From NCBI GenBank assembly GCA_965224085.1, contig CBDCYI010000005.1:160001-224000 (forward strand): DNA of 64,000 bases, read 5' to 3'. Under the pieces are notes generated by a model that saw only the letters and a program-made list of their open reading frames with translations, did not search any database and was not told where the DNA came from. The stretch's first letter is position 1. The number at the start of each line of letters is the position of its first letter. The position numbers and the translations under genes are program-made. The DNA is from Candidatus Marinacidobacterales bacterium (GTDB lineage Bacteria; Acidobacteriota; Vicinamibacteria; Marinacidobacterales; SMYC01). Of the stretch, positions 49,751 to 58,842 are shown piece after piece.

Positions 49751-50692
49751 ATGGCCAACGAAATCTTGATGTCCGTCGACGTGGACGAATGGTACCAGTG
49801 TCGCTGGGCAACGGGCTCCGAGTTCGCCCTTTGGCCTGACACTCAGACCTTTTTTCGGGAGTATTACGGCAGCGACAAGCCCTCAGGAGAGATACTCCCC
49901 CTTGTGGAGAGAATACTGGAGCTTTTCGCCGAGAATGAGATCCGGGCCACTTTCTTCTTCACCGGGGAGATCGCCTCCTTTTACCCCGACTTGGTGAAGA
50001 GAGTCGCCGCCGAAGGTCATGAGATCGCCTCGCACAACCTGATTCACAAAGACTACCACCAGGTGGCTCTCTACGAGTTCACCGAGCACTTGAAAAAAGC
50101 GAACGGCTTGCTAGAAGACCAGAGTGGGCAAGCCATTTCGGGCTATCGCGCTCCGAACTCCGCCGTCCACCCGGACATGATACGCTGCTTGCTGGAGCAG
50201 GGCCTGCGCTACGACTCCTCGGTCACGCCCACGCGGCCCTTCATGGGCAAGTTCGGCGAATTCACCAAGGCTTCTGTGAATCCCTATCCCCTGGGGGAAA
50301 ACAGCTTCGTCGAGCGGGGGAGCTCGGGCTTATGGGAGTTTCCCCTGCCCGTTTTCCCTTGGGGAAAGCTGCCGGCCGGCTCCGGCATCATGACTCGGAT
50401 CGCCGGATACCGATACACGGTTACCGCCTTGGACCGAGCCCTCGAAACCGGCGACACGGTCTACTACTTCCATCCTTATGAGATCGGCCCCAGACCCCAG
50501 CTCGACGGGATCGATCTCCGCACCAGGATCTTCCTGCGCAATCTGGGGGAGAGTTATTTCCGGAGCCTGAAACGGCTCATCGAGCGCTACCGCGGCCGTT
50601 TCGTCTGCGGGTGTGACCTGCTACGCCGCATTCAACGTTCTGCCGGGAGCCCGGGCGCCCAGCCTCCCGTTCTCAATAGACCTCGGATCTAG
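49751..50692 (+). CDS. Polysaccharide deacetylase (CE4, DUF3473-type)
   Basis: SVDVDEWY, ATFF, GHEIASH..H, GYRAP, YDSS, YFHPYE. Confidence 0.9.
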   Translation: MANEILMSVDVDEWYQCRWATGSEFALWPDTQTFFREYYGSDKPSGEILPLVERILELFAENEIRATFFFTGEIASFYPDLVKRVAAEGHEIASHNLIHKDYHQVALYEFTEHLKKANGLLEDQSGQAISGYRAPNSAVHPDMIRCLLEQGLRYDSSVTPTRPFMGKFGEFTKASVNPYPLGENSFVERGSSGLWEFPLPVFPWGKLPAGSGIMTRIAGYRYTVTALDRALETGDTVYYFHPYEIGPRPQLDGIDLRTRIFLRNLGESYFRSLKRLIERYRGRFVCGCDLLRRIQRSAGSPGAQPPVLNRPRI

Positions 50693-51050
50693 GCGCTTCA
50701 CACCGACATCGCGATCGGGTACTGGCGGTGTTCAAGGTCCTCGACTTACAACAAGACCGCGGCTACGTCTTCGACTCGCTGGAGTCCGTTTTGCGCGACA
50801 AGGTTTACGAACGAGCGGACATTTATATAGGCCGCGTCGGTTTGTCCTGAATCCATCGTTGGTTCGAAGACGGCCCCAAGGAAAGCGTCAACGAACCGGT
50901 CGAATCTGACGCGATGAGGGAATTGTTCGGGTCTTATGGTCTGAGGCAATAACGCACACACCTAGCCTGCCTATTGCGGTCGCACCGCAACGATCAACGA
51001 ATCCCTGCGGCTCGACGCTCTATGACGCCAAATCGGTACTTTAGCTTTTG

Positions 51051-53432
51051 CTATCGAATGTAGCCTAGCGCCCTCAGCTGACGCTCTAGCTCAGGGTCGA
51101 GGGGCGCTTTGGTCCTCTCGATAGGAGCGCGAAGGTACCAGAGCCTCGCCTGTGCCCCGGTTGCTTTCAGCAGCTCGGTTGCTTCCTCCAATGAAACGTG
51201 AGTGCCAACCGGATCTGCTTGAAAGGGCATCCTCCCGGGGTGAGCTCCATTACCTCCCAACTCGATCTCTTCCGTGCTCAAGGGCTGACCCTCCACCGAC
51301 AAGCGAAAGCTGACCGGGGCTCCGACCGGCTCGGTGCCAAGTGCTAAATGCCGGCGGAACTCGCCGGCCCGGAACCGGTAATCAAGTCTCTTACTATCTG
51401 GGGAAAGCTCCAACGTCTCTTCGAGAGCAATCGAGAACCTCCGGACACTGGCAAACGTGGCGTCGGTCCATGCCTCTACATGAACCCAGCTCTCAGGATA
51501 GGGATGAGAGACGGAGAGGTGATAGCCGTGTTGTCCGGTTTGCACGTAATTCAATAGATCTTCCCTCAACTCCCGAGCCGACATCGGGTGAGAAGAAAGA
51601 ATGTTTCGTTGCTCTTCCGGATCCTGTTCCAAATCAAATAGCAGCTCTTCGGGTTGGGGGATCAATCGGTAGATGTACTTGAAGCGCCTATCTCGAGCCG
51701 CGTACAGCACATCCTTCGAAGAGAGCTGCTCGGCGTAGAGTCTCTGACGCTGCGGGCTGTCTCCTCCATCGAAAAAGGGCTGCCAGCTCGAGCCCTGGAA
51801 GCTTTCCGGCTGGGGGATACCGGCATAGGCGAGAAGGGTAGGAGCGATGTCGATGTTGCCGGCCGGCTGATCGACCCTCAAACCTTTGTGACGAGACCCG
51901 GGGAGCTTGAGGATCCAGGGGATATGAATGGCCGGCTCGAACAATGTGTGTCCGTGACGGTAGTAGCCATGTTCACCGAACTCTTCTCCATGGTCGGCAG
52001 TCAACACGATGACGGTGTCGTCGTATAGGCCGAGTCGCATGAGGGCCGCGAGGAGATTTCCGACCTCACGATCGTTGTACGCGATCTCGTTGTCGTAGAG
52101 ATCCTTCTCCTGATCTAAACCTTGCCTATCCGGGCTTAGGAACAGATCATCAAACGGCGGGCGCGGCAAATAATCATAGTGGACGTCCAAGGAGTGCAGA
52201 TAAAGGAAAAATCGGCGGTTCCGGTTCTGGTCCAACCACGGCACCACTCCACGAGTGATGTCGGCGGCGTCCGGTTGAAGCAGGATCATGTTCTTACCAG
52301 GGGGTGGTTCCACCAAAGCAACCACTCGATCGAATCCGCGGGTGAGACCGAAAGAGCGGGCATGCACCATGGGATTAGCCAGCCAGGCGGACGTGGCATA
52401 ACCCCGCGCGCGGAAAAGCTCCGCCAAGGTAGGCACTAGGGAGTCCAAGACATCGTCCAGGGTCCGGGCTCCATGGTAGGGGGGATAGAGCGAGGTGAAG
52501 AGACAGCCGGTGGAAGGCTTGGTCCAGGAGGCGCAGGAGTAAGCCGCCTCGAAGATAACACTGTCCTCGGCAAGCTTGTCTATCTCAGGCGTCGTGGGTC
52601 GAGAGTAGCCGTAGGCTCCCACGTGGTCGGCGCGGAGACAATCGACGACGTAGAGGATCACGTTGGGGCGAGACTCCTCTTCTACGATTCCGACGAGCTC
52701 CGGATTGGCAATGGACACGGTGGCAACCGCTCCGTCTAGTGACATCTGGAGGTCGACGTATTTACCCTTGAGGTGGCTCAAGTCGACCTGCCGCTCCACC
52801 CAACCTCGCTCCCGTTGCCACCGCTCCTCGTAGAGGGTTCGCGTGCCTTCGGATTGACGTTGGAGCAAACGAAGTTGCACCGGAGCGCGGGGAGGACGTA
52901 CCGCCAATGCAAAGCGAAAGCTTCCCTGACGCGGCACGATGGCGCGAAACCCGAAAGAAGCCGGAGCAGAGACCACCAAGCTCATGCGTTGATCTCCGGC
53001 GATTTCCACGGGGCGAGTTGTGGGAGGGCCACCGCGATAGACTTTGATACCCCAAGGCTCGTGCGCAAGCCCGGCTTGGCTCTCTTGCGGTTCTATCAGG
53101 CGCAGCGAGCTGCTCAAGGACACCTTCGGTTCCGTACGGCAACCTACAAAGAGTAAGAGAACCGCGGCAAGTAGACCCAGCGCACGATCCCTCTCCCCCT
53201 TTGGGGGGGAGGGTGGGTGTGGGAGAGACTTCCCTGGATCGAGGGAGTCTTTTGGAGCATGGGTTACGCAAAGCCTTCGGGAGCATTTGGCCTTGGCCTT
53301 TCGCTTAATAGTAGCTTTCGCTGTCGGGGGCTTCAGAGCTAGGAGATCAAAGCGCGGAGCCACAGGGGAAGCCGGTGGTTGCTTCCTGACTACAGCCTGG
53401 AAACCGTCGCACCGTCTAGAGACGATAGACAT
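51051..53432 (-). CDS. Third sulfatase-fold lipoprotein (start uncertain)
   Basis: FVGC lipobox; VDCLRADH, WTKPST, ADHGEE, LRALGY. Confidence 0.85.
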   Translation of the reverse strand: MSIVSRRCDGFQAVVRKQPPASPVAPRFDLLALKPPTAKATIKRKAKAKCSRRLCVTHAPKDSLDPGKSLPHPPSPPKGERDRALGLLAAVLLLFVGCRTEPKVSLSSSLRLIEPQESQAGLAHEPWGIKVYRGGPPTTRPVEIAGDQRMSLVVSAPASFGFRAIVPRQGSFRFALAVRPPRAPVQLRLLQRQSEGTRTLYEERWQRERGWVERQVDLSHLKGKYVDLQMSLDGAVATVSIANPELVGIVEEESRPNVILYVVDCLRADHVGAYGYSRPTTPEIDKLAEDSVIFEAAYSCASWTKPSTGCLFTSLYPPYHGARTLDDVLDSLVPTLAELFRARGYATSAWLANPMVHARSFGLTRGFDRVVALVEPPPGKNMILLQPDAADITRGVVPWLDQNRNRRFFLYLHSLDVHYDYLPRPPFDDLFLSPDRQGLDQEKDLYDNEIAYNDREVGNLLAALMRLGLYDDTVIVLTADHGEEFGEHGYYRHGHTLFEPAIHIPWILKLPGSRHKGLRVDQPAGNIDIAPTLLAYAGIPQPESFQGSSWQPFFDGGDSPQRQRLYAEQLSSKDVLYAARDRRFKYIYRLIPQPEELLFDLEQDPEEQRNILSSHPMSARELREDLLNYVQTGQHGYHLSVSHPYPESWVHVEAWTDATFASVRRFSIALEETLELSPDSKRLDYRFRAGEFRRHLALGTEPVGAPVSFRLSVEGQPLSTEEIELGGNGAHPGRMPFQADPVGTHVSLEEATELLKATGAQARLWYLRAPIERTKAPLDPELERQLRALGYIR
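53189..53227. repeat. REP-like palindromic element
   Basis: CCCTCTCCCCC-TTT-GGGGGGGAGGG-TGGGTGTGGG hairpin of the CCCTCTCCC...GGGAGAGGG type. Confidence 0.6.
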
Positions 53433-53679
53433 AATGTATTGAACTGCCGTACCTTGAGAGCGTGGATTATGCTTTCAAGGGTCACGAAGCGTCAAGCCCA
53501 TTTGAAACTCTCCACGGCTCACGAATACACGACGTTGTTCTTCGATACGGGGTGCTTCCGTCATCAACTGTTAGTCAAGCCGCCAGAAGCTCGTCCACGA
53601 TCGGGGCGGTCGGCAGCCGGCGCGGCACGGCGCACGTGATCGCGCAAATGCTTACCAATAAGGATGGCGCCGGACATAC

Positions 53680-53797
53680 GAATATCTGGCGGAAAGTGAC
53701 TCGACGGGTGGCGAGTCCGGCCTGCATTCCCGGAGTCCGGGTCTCACGCGCGAACTTCAGAGCGCGATGCGGGCGGACGAAGCTGTAGTAGCAGCGT
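53680..53797 (-). pseudogene. Transposase C-terminal remnant (IS1-related)
   Basis: LRCYYSFVRPHRALKFARETRTPGMQAGLATRRVTFRQIF. Confidence 0.65.
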
Positions 53798-54014
53798 AAT
53801 GCCGATTACAGGATTATGCCGCGTAGGCTGACACTTGCTGCCCAAATGGACTCACCATCGGGAGACTCTCATGCTCTCGGTGCTTCACCACGCACTAGCT
53901 GTGCTTTGATTCTCAACGCAATGGACAGCACGGCGATTCCTTGTTCCAGAGTTACGCGTGGCTTATGACCGTGAACGGCAGCTTGGAGGAAATCGTTCAT
54001 ACTGGACACGATTC

Positions 54015-55349
54015 CCGTGGAAATAAGAATGGCGTAACCTCCGGTTAAGAAAAACCAAACCACGCCTGTAACGGCGAGGAGGAGGATTACGCCATGAAGA
54101 AGCCTACCACCATATCGAAGGAGTCCGTAAGCGAGTACCGGGAGTTCGTCCAACTTCGGCTGCGTAAGCGGGTACTGGAGGCGATCGAGGTTGTGCTCGA
54201 GGAAGAAGTCGACCAAGCGCTGGGGTGTCGTAGCTACGAGCGTGCGGAAGACCGCCGTGGGTATCGCAACGGAGCCGAAACCCGTCGCGTGACGACGTCG
54301 GTGGGAACACGCGAGCTCCGGGTGCCACGAGCCCGCGTGCGAGACGAGGAAACGGGAGAAACGACAGAGTTCAGGAGCGAGCTGTTGCCCCGGTATGCAC
54401 GCCGGACTCGTGAGGTCGACGAGGCGATCTTGGGGACGTACTTGTCGGGCGCGAATAGCCGCCGGATCCGCAAAGCGCTGAAACCGCTGCTCGGTGAGGA
54501 GCACCTATCGAAGAGCGCGGTGTCTCGCGTGGTTAGTCGTCTGAAGGAGTGCTTCGAAGAATGGCAGAACCGTGATCTCAGCGAGGAGGTCTATGCGATC
54601 GTTTACCTGGACGGCTTCCACCTGAAAGTGCGGATGGCGAAGCGTGTGATCAGCGTACCCGTACTGGCCGCGCTCGGGGTCACGCCAGACGGGCAGAAAC
54701 GTCTGTTGTCATTGCGTCTGGCGGTGAGCGAAGCCTCGACGCATTGGGGCTCCATGCTGGAGGGACTCCAGGCTCAAGGACTCCGGGCTCCCAAGCTAGT
54801 GATTAGCGATGGCCACAAGGGGCTGACGAAAGCGCTCGAGAAGTGGCCGGGGTGCCGGGTGCAGCGATGTACCGAGCACAAGCGCGCCAACTTGCTCGAA
54901 CATTGCCCGGCGCACGCACGCCGTGAACTCCGGCGTGACTACAACCGGATCGTCTACGCCAAGAACGGGATCGATGCTCGCAAAGCCTATGGCGAACTCG
55001 TCGCCAAGTGGACGCCTCTCACACCGGCCGTCGTCCGAAGCCTAGAGGAGGCCGGTAATCAGCTGCTGACCTTCTACGAATTCCCTCGTGTCATGTGGAA
55101 ATCGATTCGCACGACCAATGCTCTGGAGAATCTCAACCGCGAGTTTCGACGTCGGACGAAAACCCAAGCGTCGTTCTCCAGCGAGGAGTCCGCGGTCGCT
55201 TTGCTGTTTGGGCTTATCGCCTCTGGCCAGATTCAACTACGGCGCATCGACGGCTACCAAGGTCTGAGCGAGGTTCTCAAACACGCGGAGGTTGCCGCCT
55301 GATCTGATACCCTGATGACGGAGTGGAGGGCGCCGTTCCGATACTGTTC
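54015..55349 (+). mobile_element. Second IS256 copy with eroded ends
   Basis: Matches copy 1 from CCGTGGAAATAAG to GCGCCGTTC; outer IR parts absent; no clear TSD. Confidence 0.85.
54094..55302 (+). CDS. IS256 family transposase
   Basis: 402 aa; roughly 20 or more substitutions versus copy 1 by eye. Confidence 0.96.
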   Translation: MKKPTTISKESVSEYREFVQLRLRKRVLEAIEVVLEEEVDQALGCRSYERAEDRRGYRNGAETRRVTTSVGTRELRVPRARVRDEETGETTEFRSELLPRYARRTREVDEAILGTYLSGANSRRIRKALKPLLGEEHLSKSAVSRVVSRLKECFEEWQNRDLSEEVYAIVYLDGFHLKVRMAKRVISVPVLAALGVTPDGQKRLLSLRLAVSEASTHWGSMLEGLQAQGLRAPKLVISDGHKGLTKALEKWPGCRVQRCTEHKRANLLEHCPAHARRELRRDYNRIVYAKNGIDARKAYGELVAKWTPLTPAVVRSLEEAGNQLLTFYEFPRVMWKSIRTTNALENLNREFRRRTKTQASFSSEESAVALLFGLIASGQIQLRRIDGYQGLSEVLKHAEVAA

Positions 55350-55917
55350 ATGGGTAGCAACTCACCAAAAAGCCAATAAAGATAATCGACCTCGTGAATC
55401 AAGGTCAGGATGACTCCGCCTCCCAGCTCGCGCCGCGCCGCGTAACTCTCCCGATAGTCCTCCCAAGGATGCCAGGTGGGTAGAAACTCACCGGTATCGA
55501 CCCGCCCGCTGAGAATGCGACCTGCCGACCCTTGCTCAAGCCAATGCTTGATAGCGATCAGGTTGGGGTGAAAACGAAGCTGACACCCCACCATTGCCAC
55601 CAAGTTCTTACTGCGAACCGTCTCGAGGAGATTGTCCGTTCCGGCAAGAGCCTGCGAAACCGGTTTTTCGACGTCCACGTGCTCGGAAGTGGGGTTACTT
55701 ACCACGACAGCGTCGTATCCGGCTCTCAGTGCGTCATCCAGCTCCACGTGAACGGAGACACCGGAAAGATCGATTGGTTTATGGAGCGCCTTGTTTCGAA
55801 CGCGAAGAGCGCCCAGATGCCGACAGCCCAACTGTCTGAGATTGGCGAGGTGCCTAATGCCGATGGATCCGAGGCCGACAACCAATACTCGGAAGTCACG
55901 CAGAGTCTCAGTATTCC

Positions 55918-56166
55918 TCATGCTGAAGAAAAAAACTCAGCCCATTCCAGACTAAGAGGCTGATCGATGTCAATCACGAACTGCTCTTCCATAACGTAGG
56001 GGAGTATACGCTCCCCGGTCATCGATTTTTTTGACAGGATCGTCTGGACGCGTGTGACATCAACGTAACCATTCTGCCAGTACGCGACGGGAAGCTTCTG
56101 TCGAGGTTGATTGTATGGTTCTCGAACGTCCAGGTCTATTAGGGGCTTGAGGAACGGGGAAGACAG
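55918..56166 (-). pseudogene. Acylneuraminate cytidylyltransferase (NeuA-like) C-terminal fragment
   Basis: EPYNQPRQKLPVAYWQNGYVDV...MTGERILP...IDIDQPLSLEWAE; truncated at TGTTACG 56168; not in the ORF track. Confidence 0.8.
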
Positions 56167-56275
56167 TTGTTACGTTGCAGTACCAATGACGGGCAGGAAG
56201 GGTTTCGTTACAGCGTGAATGTCAGAGGAGCGGGCGTGTGACGCGTTGATCTCTGGCGGCCTCAAGTGAGAGAGT

Positions 56276-56317
56276 AAGCCCACAGCTTCTGGCGGTGACC
56301 AGGAGCTGTGGGCTTTT
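56276..56317 (+). terminator. Hairpin plus T-tract upstream of transposon ORF1
   Basis: AAGCCCACAGCTTCTGG / CCAGGAGCTGTGGGCTT 17-bp stem ending in TTTT. Confidence 0.6.
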
Positions 56318-57153
56318 CGCATCTAAACCCTGTTTCGCAAACAACAGATGCGATGCCACGAAAGGCAATGCAGTGTGCCACGAAGCGAGCCGAAAAAGCC
56401 AGTATGAAAACGCTGCGCAGCGGCCATTTTTGAGTACCCCCTATTTAGCGGACGAGACGGCCAGGATGTCTCCGTCGGGTCGCATCGATCAATGCCCTTG
56501 GGCATCGGAAGGCGAGTCATGCAAGATTCGCAAACATGATCGGCGTCAACGAAAGAGCGGACCTTCGATAGGGCTGCGGGTCTTGCGCTGCTTGACCCAT
56601 GGACATGATTTCACGGTTTACCCGCCGGGTTACGTTCCGTATGGGCGGCAAGTTCTCGTGCCCGTGGATCTTGGTGGCCATCTACTGAAACAGCTCGAGC
56701 AAGCAGACGGTAGCTTTCGGGGGTGTGAGTTTCGAAGCCGCGGTGGACGCAAGTAACAAAAGGCTTTGGCTTAAAGAACCTCTGGGAGAGTGCCAGCCAG
56801 CGAACTACACCACTCAGCGTCAACGGGTAGAGCGAGCCGGTGGCGTTTTGGGATTAGCCGCTAGGGTTTCGGAGCCGGAGGCTGAGCAGATCCGCGAGCT
56901 TTTGGGTATCGATGGTGTGGAGCATGACCAAGCTCGCCGCATGTATATCGCGGCCCGTGGTCTTCACCAACGCGGAGAGGCGGTGCACAGCGTGCTCCAG
57001 CGGTTACCGGTGAACGAAGGGCTATGGGTTCGTTTGCTGGGCGCTGGGTTTGTGGGTGGTGTCTGGGCGACACCGTGGCTATGGCAGCCGCGGTTGAATC
57101 GTAGGCTCTCTCCGCTTTCTCGCATCGTCCGAGCTGGCCGGCATCCTCCGTAA
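56295..57153 (+). CDS. Transposon ORF1, Cys/His zinc-finger-like, frameshifted near 56730 (start uncertain)
   Basis: CPW...CKI...RCLTH...FTVYPPGYVPYGR continues as FEAAVDAS...RHPP*. Confidence 0.6.
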
Positions 57154-57238
57154 CCCACCCATGAATTGCTCTCTCGATTGCCTTATCGACAATTCACTAC
57201 GCTGTTGAAAATTTATTGAGGCCAGGGAGCAAAAAGCA

Positions 57239-58621
57239 ATGCCACCAGAGTTCAGATTTCCGCTTTCTCCAATAGCTTTATTTCGATACCAGGCGGTCTG
57301 TGCGGTTGAGGCGCGCATTGACGGCGGCGTGAGCTTGATTCACGCTGTCACCGATGTTGCGCAGCGACCTCTCAGGGACCTGTTCGGTCAAACTCGGCGA
57401 GTTTCCGAGCGAAGTCTTTACCGTTGGGTGAAAGCTTACCGAGCAGGAGGGGTTGAGGCACTCGAGAATGAGCCACGACCAAAAATAGCCGACTCCACTG
57501 TTTTGCCCCGGGAGTTCGTCGATTTCATCCGCGTCGAAAAACAAAGAGACACCCTCGCTTCGATTCCCGAGCTGCTCAGACGCGCGCAACGCAAAGGCAT
57601 TGTCGCGGACGATGAATCCATCTCTCGCGTCAGTCTTTGGAGAGCTTGTCGTCGCATGGAGCTTCCTACCGCGCGCCGCAAAAAGGCGGGCGACGACAAA
57701 CGTCGCTTTTCCTATCCCAACCGCATGCTCATGGTGCTCGCCGACGGAAAGCACTTTCGCGCCGGAGTCAATCGTTGCAAGCGCGTCGCCTTGAACTTCC
57801 TCGACGATGCTTGCCGCTTCGGACTCAACTCCATCGTCGGCACCTCGGAGAACGCCGAGCTCTTCCTGCAAGGGCTTTACCAGACCATTCTCAAATACGG
57901 CTTGATGAGCGCCCTCTACCTCGACCGCGGACCCGGATTCATCTCCGCCGACACCCTGCAGGTCGTCGCCCGACTTGGGATTCGGCTGATTCACGGAACC
58001 GCCGCCTATCCCGAAGGACACGGCAAGATCGAGCGCTTCCACCGTACCTTGCTTCAACACTGCGTTCGTGGACTCGACCGAAATCCCGAGATCAACCCCG
58101 AGCCTGCATCGCTATCGCTCAGACTGACTCATTGGACGCGTGATATTTACAACCACACATCACACGAGACCCTTAAGTGCACTCCCGCCGAGAGGTGGTC
58201 ACTCGACTCCCGACCGCTCGACTTTCCCAAGGATCTTCACTGGGTAGAGAACCAGTTCATCCTCAGCTTCGAGCGACGTGTTTCCAAGGACAACATCATC
58301 TCCTATGAAGCAACTCCCTTCGAATTACCTCGAGGCTATGCCGGGCAGCGTCTCATCATTTTTCGAAATTTGCTCACTTCAGATGTTTCCATCATTCACG
58401 ACGGCCGACGCGTCATCCTCCAGCCCGTCGACCCCGTGCGAAACGCCTACGCCAAACGAGGCGCTCGTTCCATAGATAGCCCAAAACCCTCCGCCCCTGT
58501 CCCCACAACTGCCGCAGAGATGGCTTTTGATTCTTCCTTCAAACCCTCGTCGACGACGAGGGCAACTTTCCCGATTCCAAGGACGCGGGGCACCGAACCG
58601 CTCTGTCTTCATCGCCACTAG
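57239..58621 (+). CDS. DDE integrase/transposase with Mu-like C-terminal domain
   Basis: HTH RSLYRW; ADGKH, FLDD, YLDRG, GKIERF; RRVSKDNIISY; probable frameshift near 58546. Confidence 0.88.
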   Translation: MPPEFRFPLSPIALFRYQAVCAVEARIDGGVSLIHAVTDVAQRPLRDLFGQTRRVSERSLYRWVKAYRAGGVEALENEPRPKIADSTVLPREFVDFIRVEKQRDTLASIPELLRRAQRKGIVADDESISRVSLWRACRRMELPTARRKKAGDDKRRFSYPNRMLMVLADGKHFRAGVNRCKRVALNFLDDACRFGLNSIVGTSENAELFLQGLYQTILKYGLMSALYLDRGPGFISADTLQVVARLGIRLIHGTAAYPEGHGKIERFHRTLLQHCVRGLDRNPEINPEPASLSLRLTHWTRDIYNHTSHETLKCTPAERWSLDSRPLDFPKDLHWVENQFILSFERRVSKDNIISYEATPFELPRGYAGQRLIIFRNLLTSDVSIIHDGRRVILQPVDPVRNAYAKRGARSIDSPKPSAPVPTTAAEMAFDSSFKPSSTTRATFPIPRTRGTEPLCLHRH

Positions 58622-58842
58622 CAGCATGCGGACATCGGTGGTACGGCTTCGACACCGATCGTCGCCAAGATGTATCATCCTCGCGATATTACCCGCGGGC
58701 TGGTCATGACCGTCGCGGGCTTACTCTCTGACGATCTACGGAGCCTTCCAATACGCGTGGCTGCGGAGATCGTGGGCGGTTAGTTCCTTGCGCGAGTGCG
58801 CCAGCCCTGCGCCGGTGCGTACTCTCGCCAAAGCACTAGTTC

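Larger units (their letters stand above)
53869..55921 (-). pseudogene. Gfo/Idh/MocA oxidoreductase split by IS256 with deletion
   Basis: GLGSIGIRH, EKP, LRFHP, GGGVILTLIHEVD at 55921-55350; C-terminus MNDFLQAA...LEQGIAVL at 54000-53869; middle missing. Confidence 0.8.
56168..58585 (+). mobile_element. Truncated Mu/IS481-like transposon (ORF1 + DDE transposase)
   Basis: Begins with TGT where the neuA-like frame breaks; no ATPase gene or right end is visible. Confidence 0.6.

Noticed and set aside
50720-50952. Protein-like plus-strand remnant with an internal stop
   Set aside because: No family could be assigned with confidence
44917-55349. Composite transposon formed by two inverted IS256 copies carrying the glycan genes
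   Set aside because: Copy 1 has its own 9-bp TSD on both sides and the copies are diverged, so they are independent insertions
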